From NCBI GenBank assembly GCA_045613285.1, contig JAZLAQ010000035.1:4670-68669 (forward strand): a stretch of DNA of 64,000 bases. The letters run 5' to 3'. The notes under the pieces were generated by a model. It searched no databases. It was not told the DNA's origin and worked only from the letters and a program-made list of their open reading frames with translations. Source of the stretch: Alphaproteobacteria bacterium. GTDB taxonomy: Bacteria; Pseudomonadota; Alphaproteobacteria; CAAHEQ01; UBA3637. A program made the translations under genes and the position numbers. This document shows positions 19,507 through 30,931 of this stretch, one piece after another (the first letter of the stretch is position 1; every line of letters starts with the position of its first letter).

Positions 19507-21180
19507 ATGGCAAATACATCGCACGTTTTGGCTCGAAAATATAGACCTCAGGTCTTTGCTGATTTAATTGGTCAGGATGCTTTGGTTCATACAATTACCA
19601 GTGCGATTATGACAGATAGATTGGCTCATGCATATATGTTGACAGGAATACGGGGAATTGGTAAGACCAGTTCTGCGCGTATTATTGCCAAAGGGTTAAA
19701 TTGTATCGGTCCTGACGGAAAAGGAGGAATGACACCGAATCCTTGTGGACAGTGTCCACATTGTGTCAGTATTGCCAATGATTCCCATATGGATGTAATT
19801 GAAATTGATGCTGCCAGTAATACAGGGGTAGATAACGTTCGGGAAATTATTGAAGGTGCTAAGTATAATCCGGTTTCAGCCCGTTTTAAAATCTATATTA
19901 TTGACGAAGTTCATATGTTATCTAAGGCCGCCTTTAATGCCTTGCTGAAAACATTGGAAGAACCACCGGAACGTATTAAGTTTATATTTGCCACGACAGA
20001 AATCCGAAAAGTCCCAATTACAATTTTATCCCGTTGTCAACGTTTTGATTTAAGACGTTTAGACGAAGAATTGCTGACAAATCATTTGGCAGGTATAGCT
20101 GAAAAAGAAAAAATATCATTTGAACCCGATGCTTTAAAGTTGCTGGCTCGTGCCGGTGAAGGTTCGGTACGGGATTCGTTGTCCTTGATGGATCAGGCAA
20201 TGACTCAGTTGGATGGTAACCTGACGGTGGCTGGTGTACGGCAGATGTTGGGTATGACGGATAAAACGGTTCTGTTTGATTTATATGAAGCCCTTTTGAA
20301 AGGGGATATTCAAACCGCTTTAAAATTGTTGGAAGAACAATATGCAGGTGGTACTGATCCTTTTGAATTAGTACAAGATTTATTGAATTTGACGCATTGG
20401 TTGACACGGGGTCGTTTAATCCCTGAAACTTTGGATGATGTAACGATACCTGAATCTGAAAGAAATCGGGCAAAAGTTTTAACACAACAACTCACAATGA
20501 TGACCTTAACATCTGTTTGGCAGATGTTGTTAAAAGGTGTGGATGAGGTGCGTCGGGCTGATTCTCCGATAAAAGCACTTGAAATGTTATTAGTTCGGGT
20601 GGCGTTTTTATCAGAAATGCCGTCTTTAGCTACATTAGCCGAAGACATAAAAAAAAAATCTATAGCGGTTCCACAAGTTGAAGCAAAATCTTCTATTATC
20701 GCAACAAAAACAGGAACTGATACAGCTTGTTCGGATAATCGGTCAAGTCAACAAAATGGTGTGTCTTTTTCTTCCTTGGCGGATATTGTGGCATTAGCCC
20801 GACAAAAAGGGGAAAGGGTTTTGGCTTACCATATAGAAACATATGTGCGGCCGGTAGAATTAAAAGACAGGACTTTGGTTTGTTCTTTTATTGAAGGAGC
20901 AGGTCGGGATTTATGTGCAAAATTGACTCAATTTTTAAATAAGGCAACTGGTACAAATTGGACACTTGATGTTCGGACAAGTGGTGGAAAACAAACACTT
21001 CACGAAGTCAAAGAAGCTAAGCAAAATGCATTGTTGCAGGACTTGAAAAAAACACCACTGGTTTCTACGGCTTTGTCTGCTTTTAATGGGGCAAAAATTG
21101 AAAAAATAAAGCCTTTGAAAGAAAAAACGGATTTTGAAGAAACTGAAATAATTGAAAGTAATACGGATTTAGAAGAATAA
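19507..21180 (+). CDS. dnaX: DNA polymerase III subunits gamma/tau
   Basis: MANTSHVLARKYRPQVFADLIGQ…, Walker A GIRGIGKTS, Zn-module CGQCPHC, SRC motif; 557 aa. Confidence 0.95.
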   Translation: MANTSHVLARKYRPQVFADLIGQDALVHTITSAIMTDRLAHAYMLTGIRGIGKTSSARIIAKGLNCIGPDGKGGMTPNPCGQCPHCVSIANDSHMDVIEIDAASNTGVDNVREIIEGAKYNPVSARFKIYIIDEVHMLSKAAFNALLKTLEEPPERIKFIFATTEIRKVPITILSRCQRFDLRRLDEELLTNHLAGIAEKEKISFEPDALKLLARAGEGSVRDSLSLMDQAMTQLDGNLTVAGVRQMLGMTDKTVLFDLYEALLKGDIQTALKLLEEQYAGGTDPFELVQDLLNLTHWLTRGRLIPETLDDVTIPESERNRAKVLTQQLTMMTLTSVWQMLLKGVDEVRRADSPIKALEMLLVRVAFLSEMPSLATLAEDIKKKSIAVPQVEAKSSIIATKTGTDTACSDNRSSQQNGVSFSSLADIVALARQKGERVLAYHIETYVRPVELKDRTLVCSFIEGAGRDLCAKLTQFLNKATGTNWTLDVRTSGGKQTLHEVKEAKQNALLQDLKKTPLVSTALSAFNGAKIEKIKPLKEKTDFEETEIIESNTDLEE

Positions 21181-21265
21181 AAATCTTTCATAAAAATATA
21201 AATTTTTTCTTGCTTTTTTCTTGAAAATATGCCTAAATGAGGTACACGTTTTTTTATAACTGTAA

Positions 21266-22354
<1,089 letters not shown>

Positions 22355-22376
22355 TAACATTCTGTTTATTAAAAAA

Positions 22377-22408
22377 AACACGATTCCGTTTTGGGTCGTG
22401 TTTTTTTC
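22377..22408 (+). terminator. Rho-independent terminator after gap
   Basis: ACACGA…TCGTGT hairpin followed by TTTTTTT. Confidence 0.5.
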
Positions 22409-22454
22409 TTGACAATATTTGATTTAAAAGATATTCTGACGGTATGTCTTTTAT

Positions 22455-22931
22455 GTGAGGAGTAATGTTATGACAAATGTACAAGTAAAATATCAGATCA
22501 GACGTGTGTACCAATACTTTTGTAATTTTAATCCAGTCACGGATAAGATACCGTCACAAGGTGAAAAAGTATCGGGTTCTTTTATAATGCCAAGACAAAT
22601 TGGTTCTACGGAAGTATATGATTCCAAAACTAATGATTTTTTGGGAATCATTGATGCTGTCGGTCAATTTATTCCCGGTGAAAAAAATGAAGATTTGCAG
22701 TTCGTTTGTGATGTATTGAATCAGAAAACAAATCAGTTGGAAAAAAAAGCATTTGACTTGGCTGATGCTTATTTGACGGATTTAGAACATACCCCAGGTA
22801 TTCGTTTAATTGTCAATAATATGACATCTGATTGGAAGTCAGTTGGGGATACTTTGGAATATGAAATAACGGAATTACCGGCAGATTTTGAAAGAGAAAA
22901 CAGAGAAAAAGCACTTTCAGGAAATTGGTAA
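22455..22931 (+). CDS. Hypothetical acidic protein
   Basis: 158-aa ORF, no recognisable motifs; overlaps next ORF by 7 nt. Confidence 0.35.
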   Translation: MRSNVMTNVQVKYQIRRVYQYFCNFNPVTDKIPSQGEKVSGSFIMPRQIGSTEVYDSKTNDFLGIIDAVGQFIPGEKNEDLQFVCDVLNQKTNQLEKKAFDLADAYLTDLEHTPGIRLIVNNMTSDWKSVGDTLEYEITELPADFERENREKALSGNW

Positions 22932-23722
22932 TGCCTTATTTTTTTGATGCACGGGTCTTTTTCTTCGTTCTTCGGAAATATATAATTCGAATTATTTTCT
23001 TTTTGATTTTTATTTTTTTTCTGGGACAACTGGGGTCCTGTTATCCTGTTGTTCGTACACCTCTTTTATGGGTGCGCCGTCCTTTTGTTTTGTTGACGGG
23101 TAAGCCTAATACAGAAAAATTATGGAAATATCAAATGGAAGTTTATGAAGATTATCAAGATCCTATGCCTAATCGTCTATTGAATTGGGGAGGGTATCAG
23201 GTTAGAAATACCTTTTTGAAACGCTATAAAGTTTGGGGAAAAGTCGGATATTTGGATATCAATGATTCTTTGATAAAGGGATGGTATTTGAATGCCGGTG
23301 ATGAAGGCTCGGCTGCATATAAAAAGGTTGCTCCCTACGATTTATGCTTGCTTTTTGGACAATTGGCACGTGATGAAAATTTTAATAATGTCAAAGTAAA
23401 ACACGAAGAAAATGTCTGTATTCCGGAATTGAAAAAAAGGAATATTTATTATAATTCACACGAACTGTCAAATTACCATATCATCTTTCCAAAACCGTCT
23501 ATTCGCCGAGTATTAAAATCTTTAAAGTATGGTGATGAAATTCAAATAGAAGGTTTTTTGGCTCATTGGAAAGGAATTGGACCTTTAAGTTATCTGGATT
23601 TCAAATCGGCAACATATTCCGGTGAAAAATATCCTTACTTGTTTGGAGGCAGTTCAAATGCCAAATTATGTAAACAAATTTATATTACAAAAATTATTTG
23701 GAAAAATCGGGTCTTTGAGTAA
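22925..23722 (+). CDS. Hypothetical membrane-anchored protein
   Basis: 265-aa ORF with N-terminal hydrophobic segment; no recognisable motifs. Confidence 0.35.
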   Translation: MVMPYFFDARVFFFVLRKYIIRIIFFLIFIFFLGQLGSCYPVVRTPLLWVRRPFVLLTGKPNTEKLWKYQMEVYEDYQDPMPNRLLNWGGYQVRNTFLKRYKVWGKVGYLDINDSLIKGWYLNAGDEGSAAYKKVAPYDLCLLFGQLARDENFNNVKVKHEENVCIPELKKRNIYYNSHELSNYHIIFPKPSIRRVLKSLKYGDEIQIEGFLAHWKGIGPLSYLDFKSATYSGEKYPYLFGGSSNAKLCKQIYITKIIWKNRVFE

Positions 23723-23725
23723 TAT

Positions 23726-24403
23726 TTATTCTTCAACCAATATGCCGTCTTGGACACTGATACGCCTATCCATTTGGTGTGCCAGTTCCGGATTGTGTGT
23801 GGCAATTAAAGCAGATAAACCGGTTTCGCGTACCAATGACATCAATAATTTAAAAACTTTTTCAGCTGTTTGTGGATCTAAATTACCTGTCGGTTCATCA
23901 GCCAGTAATAATGCTGGATTATTTGCTAGAGCACGGGCGATAGCAACCCGTTGTTGTTCACCACCGGATAATTCTCCGGGCCTATGTGTCGCCCGATTTT
24001 TAAGGCCGACTTTATCCAGTAAATCCAGTGCTTTTTTTTGAGCAGTTTTTTTATCCGTTCCCGCAATCAATTGGGGCATCATAACATTTTCCAAAGCTGT
24101 GAAATCAGGTAATAACAAGTGTGCCTGATAAACAAATCCCATATTCTTTTTTCTTAAATCAGTCCGTTCATTGTCTGACATTTTGGAAATGCTTTTCCCT
24201 TGGATAAATATTTGCCCTTTTGTTGGTGTATCCAGCAGACCGGCAATGTGTAATAATGTGGATTTACCTGAACCAGACGGACCGACAAGGGCTACAACTT
24301 CTCCTGCGGATATAGTAAAGTTGATATTTTTTAAAACAGATAGAGCAGTTTGGCCTTTTCCATATGTTTTTTGAATATTTTTCAATTCTAAAATTTTATT
24401 CAT
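23726..24403 (-). CDS. lolD: Lipoprotein-releasing system ATP-binding protein LolD
   Basis: ABC ATPase motifs GPSGSGKST, LSGGEQQRVAIARAL, LLLADEPTGNLD; start at MNKILELKNIQK. Confidence 0.85.
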   Translation of the reverse strand: MNKILELKNIQKTYGKGQTALSVLKNINFTISAGEVVALVGPSGSGKSTLLHIAGLLDTPTKGQIFIQGKSISKMSDNERTDLRKKNMGFVYQAHLLLPDFTALENVMMPQLIAGTDKKTAQKKALDLLDKVGLKNRATHRPGELSGGEQQRVAIARALANNPALLLADEPTGNLDPQTAEKVFKLLMSLVRETGLSALIATHNPELAHQMDRRISVQDGILVEE

Positions 24404-25640
24404 AACGCAAAGCCTCCACCGGATTTGTTCTGCCAGCTTTCCAAGATGGGTATAGTGTTGCAAGTAAAGATAGTGTTAAAGACATAACCGTTACAATAAT
24501 AACCTCAGTAATATCTACACGAGCCGGCAGATGTGACAAAAAGTATATTTCGGCGGAAAATAGATTTTGTCCAGACAAATTTTCCAACCATTCTTTAATG
24601 GCATCAATATTATAACTGAATGCTAAACCCAATATAACGCCGGCAGCAGTCCCTATAAAGCCAACTACCAGTCCAGACATCAGAAAAACCCGTTGGATAC
24701 CCCCGCGTGAAAGCCCCATTGTACGTAAAATGGCAATATCTTTTGTCTTATCCTGAACCATCATAATCAGACCGGATATCATATTAAAAGCAGCTACAAT
24801 AATAATTAAAGTCAGAATTAAAAACATAACATTTCGCTCTACTCTGATAGCATCAAAAAAGGCTTGGTTAGAATAACGCCAATCATTGATTTGAGCATGC
24901 TGTCCAACAATGTCAAAAATAGGAGGAATTAAAGAATCTATTTCTGTATCATTTGTTGTGAAAATTTCCAGATGTGATACGGTATCTCCCATTTTGAAAA
25001 AAGTTTGAGCCTCTTGCAATGGCATAAAAATATAATTATCATCATATTGGAACATAGAAGAATTAAATGTTCCGATAACCGTATAACTTTTCATTTTGGG
25101 AATAGTTCCGAAAGCAGTTATGTTTCCTTTTGGGGAAACAAGTGTAACCTTGTCGCCTGGTTCAACGGCTAAACGGCGTGCCAGCTGATGACCGACAATA
25201 ATTTGATTATCGGTAAATTCTTCCAGAGGTAACCCCATATAATTATCGTTTAAAATTGGACGGGACTGAAAATCTGATGGTTGTATACCACGTACCATAA
25301 TACCGGCACTACTGTCTCCGGAACTTATCATGACTTGTGAATCAACAACCGGAATAATATGGGTAATGCCATCTATTTTAGCAATCGTCGTCAAATATTT
25401 ATTGTAATCAGATAATTTATCCCCCCAAATCGGATAAATCCCCAGTTGTCCGTTTAATCCCAAAATTCGTTCCATTAATTCAGCACGAAACCCGTTCATC
25501 ACACTCATAACAATAATCAGGGTTGCGACACCTAGCATAATACCCAAGAAGGAAAAACCGGCAATAACGGAAACAAAGCCTGTTCTTTTACGAGATTTTA
25601 AATAGCGAAAAGCCAGTAATCTTTCAGTTTTATTAAACAT
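24396..25640 (-). CDS. lolC: Lipoprotein-releasing system permease LolC/E
   Basis: MacB/FtsX-like topology (N-terminal TM, large periplasmic domain, 3 C-terminal TMs); 414 aa; immediately upstream of lolD. Confidence 0.85.
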   Translation of the reverse strand: MFNKTERLLAFRYLKSRKRTGFVSVIAGFSFLGIMLGVATLIIVMSVMNGFRAELMERILGLNGQLGIYPIWGDKLSDYNKYLTTIAKIDGITHIIPVVDSQVMISSGDSSAGIMVRGIQPSDFQSRPILNDNYMGLPLEEFTDNQIIVGHQLARRLAVEPGDKVTLVSPKGNITAFGTIPKMKSYTVIGTFNSSMFQYDDNYIFMPLQEAQTFFKMGDTVSHLEIFTTNDTEIDSLIPPIFDIVGQHAQINDWRYSNQAFFDAIRVERNVMFLILTLIIIVAAFNMISGLIMMVQDKTKDIAILRTMGLSRGGIQRVFLMSGLVVGFIGTAAGVILGLAFSYNIDAIKEWLENLSGQNLFSAEIYFLSHLPARVDITEVIIVTVMSLTLSLLATLYPSWKAGRTNPVEALRYE

Positions 25641-25713
25641 AAAATATCCTTTAAATAATTAATTAAGGATAATTTATACCAAGAAAAAGAAAAATGCAAT
25701 CTTTATCTGTTTT

Positions 25714-26307
25714 TTATTCGTGTTCAAATTGTTTTTCTGAAAGGATATAATGGCGCAATCCTTTTTTTCGCCAATGTCGGAATGCAATGCAAGGACCTAT
25801 TTCCGGTATGAATGCAGGGGTGTAGAATAAACAATTTTTCCGTCCGATTTCTTCTTTAAAATAGTGGTATGTTATACCCATGCATGCTGTACGATACAGA
25901 GTACAGGCATTTAATAATACATCTGTCATCGGAGAACCGGATATATTATTTTGTTGTGTCTTGTAACTGATACGTAGAGCTTCATGAAAAGTCAACTCAG
26001 GTGAAATTTTTTGTAATTCTGCCGGTGCTACATCGATGTAGTCAAATTCATTTGAGACAACATCGGGGCATTTTTCTAATTTTTCAATACGGCTGAACAT
26101 AGACTGGGTATATCTTAAATAATATGCCATTATCCCCAATTTAACCGCTGGTGATAGCTTTTCCTCCATTGCCATTTCATATTGCTTTTCAAGATTTTTA
26201 ACCTGGTTAAACAAAATTCGTCCATTCTTGAAGCAGTCCAGATGGAACGAAGCAATATTTATTCCGTTTCTAATTTTATTTTTTATTTTTTTAAAAAACA
26301 TCAACAC
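25714..26307 (-). CDS. Hypothetical protein
   Basis: 197-aa ORF; no motifs recognised. Confidence 0.35.
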   Translation of the reverse strand: MLMFFKKIKNKIRNGINIASFHLDCFKNGRILFNQVKNLEKQYEMAMEEKLSPAVKLGIMAYYLRYTQSMFSRIEKLEKCPDVVSNEFDYIDVAPAELQKISPELTFHEALRISYKTQQNNISGSPMTDVLLNACTLYRTACMGITYHYFKEEIGRKNCLFYTPAFIPEIGPCIAFRHWRKKGLRHYILSEKQFEHE

Positions 26308-26365
26308 ATACCTTTAAAAGCAAAGGGTAGTATAGATGAAAATTAAAAAATTGTCAAGTTTTTTG

Positions 26366-27139
26366 TTAAATCATAAATTTTTGTGCTTCGGCTAATTCTT
26401 CCGGAGTATTGATATCGGCTGGTGCTTCGTCAATCAACTTGATACTGTCGACGATAAGAGCATAAATACTCATCCCGTTTTCCAAAGCACGCAGTTGTTC
26501 CAACTTTTCAATATTTTCCAAAACTCCGACAGGGGACGTAACAAACTTTTGTAATGCTGCTGCCCGATAGACATAAATACCAATATGCCAGTAAGCAAAA
26601 TCATACTGTGGGACATTATCCCGATTGAATGGTACCGGAGAACGTGAAAAATACAAAGCTCGCCCAAAGTTTTCGTTTTCTTTTAATCCCATGGCAATTT
26701 TGACGTAATTTGGATTATTAATTTCTTCCGGATTTGTTATTTTAATACCAACAGTCACCATATCGGCACCGGATTTTTCCATTAAATCAACCAATTTTAA
26801 ATTCAACTGGGGATTCACATTGATACCGTCTCCTTGAAAATTTACAACGATATCGTATTTTGTACCATCAGGATCAATTTCCTTTAAGGCAGCTGCAATT
26901 CTGTCCGTACCGGAAGGAAGAGAAGCGTCTGTTAAAATACATTGGGCATTAAAAGTTTTGGCAACATCCAAAATTTCCTGATCCCCAGAAGCAATATAAA
27001 CATCAGCAGCCGGATGAACAGCAATTGCATGCTCATAGACATGTTGTATCAAAGGTTTACCATTGATAACTGCTAAAGGCTTATTGGGAAGTCTTGTTGA
27101 TTTTAAGCGGGTAGGGATGAGGACTGCGACTTTTGCCAT
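26366..27139 (-). CDS. kdsB: 3-deoxy-manno-octulosonate cytidylyltransferase (CMP-KDO synthetase)
   Basis: [23 protein letters not shown]-terminus typical of KdsB; 257 aa. Confidence 0.9.
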   Translation of the reverse strand: MAKVAVLIPTRLKSTRLPNKPLAVINGKPLIQHVYEHAIAVHPAADVYIASGDQEILDVAKTFNAQCILTDASLPSGTDRIAAALKEIDPDGTKYDIVVNFQGDGINVNPQLNLKLVDLMEKSGADMVTVGIKITNPEEINNPNYVKIAMGLKENENFGRALYFSRSPVPFNRDNVPQYDFAYWHIGIYVYRAAALQKFVTSPVGVLENIEKLEQLRALENGMSIYALIVDSIKLIDEAPADINTPEELAEAQKFMI

Positions 27140-27540
27140 TGTAGTTTAATCTCCTGTTCTATTTGTTTTATTGTTTGTGCTAAAATTGTTTTTAAATAAG
27201 TTTTTCCCGGTTTGTTCCAGACTGTATCAGGCCAATATAAATCACCGTTAAACCGACAAATAATATGAACGTGTAATTGTGGGGTAATGTTTCCAATCAT
27301 AGCCACATTTGTTTGTGTCGGATGGTATAAGTTAATCATGGCTTTTTCACAGATTTCAATTTCCCGCATTAAAGTCAGTCTTTCTTCTGTGGTTAAATCG
27401 CACATATTTTTTATGTTGTTCTTTTTTGGTACCAAAAGTATCCATGGAAAATATGAATTATCTTCCAATAAAACGCGACAAAATGGTAAATCGCAAACAT
27501 ATTCTTTTTGAGATAAAGCATGTCCCAGTACAAAAGTCAT
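27103..27540 (-). CDS. HIT-family hydrolase
   Basis: Histidine triad motif LHVHIICRF; 145 aa; 4-nt overlap with ppa. Confidence 0.75.
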   Translation of the reverse strand: MTFVLGHALSQKEYVCDLPFCRVLLEDNSYFPWILLVPKKNNIKNMCDLTTEERLTLMREIEICEKAMINLYHPTQTNVAMIGNITPQLHVHIICRFNGDLYWPDTVWNKPGKTYLKTILAQTIKQIEQEIKLQWQKSQSSSLPA

Positions 27541-28088
27541 TTGATATATCCTTCAGTTAATTTTTCTCTATGTGTTTGATAATTTTGTAAAGCCAATGAA
27601 ATAATTTCTTTAGCTTTCTCCGGTCCTAAAAAAGATTTTATTTGGACTTGTTTTTGTTCCAGTATTTTATAATCTTCAAAGAAACGTTTTAATGTTTTTA
27701 ATGTATGCGGTGGCAATTCATCTATATGATAATAGCAATTATATTGAGGGTCATCCTCATGAATGGCGATAATTTTATCGTCCGCTTCCCCACCGTCAAT
27801 CATTTTCATAACACCGATGGGTCTGGCACGCATAATACAAAGTGGAGAAACACTTTCTTGTCCCAGGACTAAGATATCTAGTGGGTCATTATCGTCACAG
27901 TAGGTTTGTGGAATAAATCCGTAGTTTGCCGGATAGTGAACGGCACTGTACAAAATTCGATCAACTTTGACAAGACCGCTTTTTTTATCAAGCTCGTATT
28001 TAATTTGAGAACCTTTTGGAACTTCGATAATTGCCGGAATAATATCCGGATTTTCCTGATAAAGTTCAACTTGATGCCAAGGGTGCAT
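27537..28088 (-). CDS. ppa: Inorganic pyrophosphatase
   Basis: Family I PPase motifs ([10 protein letters not shown]…, [10 protein letters not shown]); start trimmed to [15 protein letters not shown]. Confidence 0.9.
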   Translation of the reverse strand: MHPWHQVELYQENPDIIPAIIEVPKGSQIKYELDKKSGLVKVDRILYSAVHYPANYGFIPQTYCDDNDPLDILVLGQESVSPLCIMRARPIGVMKMIDGGEADDKIIAIHEDDPQYNCYYHIDELPPHTLKTLKRFFEDYKILEQKQVQIKSFLGPEKAKEIISLALQNYQTHREKLTEGYIK

Positions 28089-28107
28089 ATGATATCCTTT
28101 CTGCTTT

Positions 28108-30540
28108 TTATGGTGCCCGTTGCAAATATGCCTGAACCAATGCATCCGTATCATTCAGTTGCGCGGATAATTGTTCAGCTAATAACACGTTTTTGTTACC
28201 TGATGAATAGACCTTTAAGTAAGGACCTAAACCGGATAAGTCTACATCCAGAATAACTGATTCATGAATGGCGGGACGGCTGACTAAAATAGCATATTTA
28301 TGGTTTGCAAATTCTTTTCCCATCACAAAGTTCATTTCACGGGGTGAGAGGTTCCATGATGCATAGTCTGCCGGGTTGGCTTGTGGGTTCCGGAAGAAAA
28401 CGACAGTTTGACATTGACCGCGAATAACATCGCCCAGTCCATGATCGTCTAAAAATTTTGGTTGTTGGAAGGCACAAAGGAAAGCTTGTCTCTTTTTACG
28501 ACCTTCTCGCAGACCAACGATAAAACTGTCTTTAAACATTTCATGTTCCAACATCGGGGCAGTTTCGTCAATCATAATCATGGTTGGCGTTCCCTTTTGT
28601 GTGGCCAGTGTATGAATCCGGTGCATAACATAACTGATGACCGCTGGTGATAAAGTACCATCTTGGAATATTGTTGTGAAATCAAATCCCATATAACGGG
28701 AATCCAAATCCAAGTTGTCTTCCAACGAATTGAAAATCCGACCATATTGGTCATCATCTACCCAACGTAATAATTCACGACGCATATAACTGCCGTTTGA
28801 AAAGCAACTCTTATATAAATTTTTAAGTAAACGTTCTTCGGGTTTTAAATATTCAAAAGCAGTCGTAACGGCACGGGCAATTTCTTGTTCGGAAACAGAA
28901 TCTTTTCCACCGGTAATATCACGAAGCCATGTTCTTAAAAACGAACGATTTTCTGGTGTGTCTGGAATGGCAAACGGGTTCAAGGATACCGAATCGGCAC
29001 CACCATCAAATTTAACATAAGGGGCTCCTTGCATTAAAGCAAAGACTTTTGCACCGTTATTTCTGTCAAAGAAGTAAACGTTTAAATCAGGAATACGGAG
29101 AGCTTGTCCTGCCATAAACGAGAAGAAAGTTGTTTTACCTTGCCCTGTTGGACCAATGAGTGCCGTGTGGGCAACAGCATAAGCATCTTCAGATACGTGG
29201 AATTGAAAAGCATAAGGCGTTCCTGTTATTGTTCTGAAATACGATAACGGAACCGGACCCCAGTCAGATTTTTGTCGACCTTCGGCAATTTTATCCATAC
29301 AAACAGCACAGGCTACCACACGGGATAAATATAGGAATGTTCGCGGATAAATGTCATAAGTCGGTAGCTGGGCGAAGAAAGAAGATTGTGCTGACCAACC
29401 GTCACGTACCGGTGTGACGTTGTGAATGCGACATATTTTTTCAACTTCTTCTTGTCCGAACTTTAATTCTTCTTTAGAGTCTCCGAAAATGAAAACATTC
29501 ATGGAATATTCGTTTAGAGTCTGACCGTCGGCATCTGACTGATCTAACCATTCCAAAGCTGTTGTATATTGGTTATAAACGTTTTGTGAAAATGTTGTTA
29601 AAAAGGCCATTTTTCTTTGTTGAACCAATAACATATTCGCTTTTGTTGTAGGAATAGCTTTGATATTGTGCAAGATATTCAATTCACAGTCAATGGACAT
29701 AATATCTGCTATCATTTGCTCATCCATAAAGTCACCAGGTTTTCGGATAGCCATAATGATACCCAGTTTTTCTTTATCTCCGGAAAAGAAACGGATTATA
29801 CCGTCATCTTTTGTAAAGTGGATATAATCAGCTGTCAGTAAATCATTTAATGTTTGTCCGTTTTCTCCATGAATAATGGGCTTGGGACGTGAAACAGGAC
29901 TGAGTAAATGTGCAAATAACCAGAACGGACTTTTGTCGTGCGTTCTCTCCGGTGCTTTTTCAGAAATAACACGTGGTTGATACATATCCAAAATAGTTGT
30001 TGTTGCACTGGTAGCCTGATCTAAATCTTTTAATGCATTTTTTCGATCATTGACAGATAAAATAATATAATGTCTGTTTCTAAAAATACGATGTAAACTG
30101 TCTAGCCAACGGGTTGAAACGGCTTTTAACAAAGGCTCTTTTTTGAAGGCGTCTTTTTCTGATAATGGAACTTTTTCACGTACGGTAATCAAACGAGCTG
30201 TAATTTCCAATTCAGCTAACGAATCAATCCATTGTTTTCTGGCACTGGCAAAAGCAACCCGTTCTTCAGGTAAAACTAAAGTAGTATCTGCACCTTCTAC
30301 TTCCAAAACACGACATAAAGAATTTGTTCTTAGGTGGATGGTTGCTCCATCTTCATCCAAACGATTGAAAGGTAAAAAATCAGCAACGCGTGTTTCCTTT
30401 GGCTTAGGTAAAATCTTATCCCCTAATTTTGTGACAAATGTCGTGGCGATTAACATAGCCGAGATGATACAAATAATTAAAACCCAAGTCACACCAGAAC
30501 CAGCTGTCTGCCATAGCATACTGAAAAGATTCTCTTCCAT
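28108..30540 (-). CDS. virB4: Type IV secretion system ATPase VirB4
   Basis: 810 aa; Walker [11 protein letters not shown], Walker [12 protein letters not shown], VirB4/CagE family N-domain. Confidence 0.92.
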   Translation of the reverse strand: MEENLFSMLWQTAGSGVTWVLIICIISAMLIATTFVTKLGDKILPKPKETRVADFLPFNRLDEDGATIHLRTNSLCRVLEVEGADTTLVLPEERVAFASARKQWIDSLAELEITARLITVREKVPLSEKDAFKKEPLLKAVSTRWLDSLHRIFRNRHYIILSVNDRKNALKDLDQATSATTTILDMYQPRVISEKAPERTHDKSPFWLFAHLLSPVSRPKPIIHGENGQTLNDLLTADYIHFTKDDGIIRFFSGDKEKLGIIMAIRKPGDFMDEQMIADIMSIDCELNILHNIKAIPTTKANMLLVQQRKMAFLTTFSQNVYNQYTTALEWLDQSDADGQTLNEYSMNVFIFGDSKEELKFGQEEVEKICRIHNVTPVRDGWSAQSSFFAQLPTYDIYPRTFLYLSRVVACAVCMDKIAEGRQKSDWGPVPLSYFRTITGTPYAFQFHVSEDAYAVAHTALIGPTGQGKTTFFSFMAGQALRIPDLNVYFFDRNNGAKVFALMQGAPYVKFDGGADSVSLNPFAIPDTPENRSFLRTWLRDITGGKDSVSEQEIARAVTTAFEYLKPEERLLKNLYKSCFSNGSYMRRELLRWVDDDQYGRIFNSLEDNLDLDSRYMGFDFTTIFQDGTLSPAVISYVMHRIHTLATQKGTPTMIMIDETAPMLEHEMFKDSFIVGLREGRKKRQAFLCAFQQPKFLDDHGLGDVIRGQCQTVVFFRNPQANPADYASWNLSPREMNFVMGKEFANHKYAILVSRPAIHESVILDVDLSGLGPYLKVYSSGNKNVLLAEQLSAQLNDTDALVQAYLQRAP

Positions 30541-30558
30541 TATTTTACCCCCATCCTT

Positions 30559-30855
30559 TTAAGAAGCAAACTTGTCCCCGCGACTGCGGTATATATTTTT
30601 AGACGGCATTAAAAACGGACCGTAAGACTGCATCATTTTTGACATATGTGGTTCTTTTGTTCCATAAACAACCAAGATAATATGTACAACTAAAAATGTA
30701 AACATAAACATTAATGGATTGACTTTCCCCGGGAAAGCCCCTTGAAATACGCACATCAGAGCCATTTGGACACTGAAATTAACGACCATTGGCAACATTG
30801 GTGCCCAAAAGACTTTTGGTGGCATGGAAACTGCTTTTAAAATCGGTTCTCGCAT
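30559..30855 (-). CDS. virB3: Type IV secretion system protein VirB3
   Basis: 98-aa two-TM protein, MREPILKAVSMPPKVFWAPMLPMVVNFSVQMAL…; immediately upstream of virB4. Confidence 0.85.
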   Translation of the reverse strand: MREPILKAVSMPPKVFWAPMLPMVVNFSVQMALMCVFQGAFPGKVNPLMFMFTFLVVHIILVVYGTKEPHMSKMMQSYGPFLMPSKNIYRSRGDKFAS

Positions 30856-30931
30856 TTTTTACCCCTTGTTTTCTGTTATTTTACCGATTTTTTTTATAAA
30901 TGCAAGTATAAAGGATAAAAATATAAAAAAT

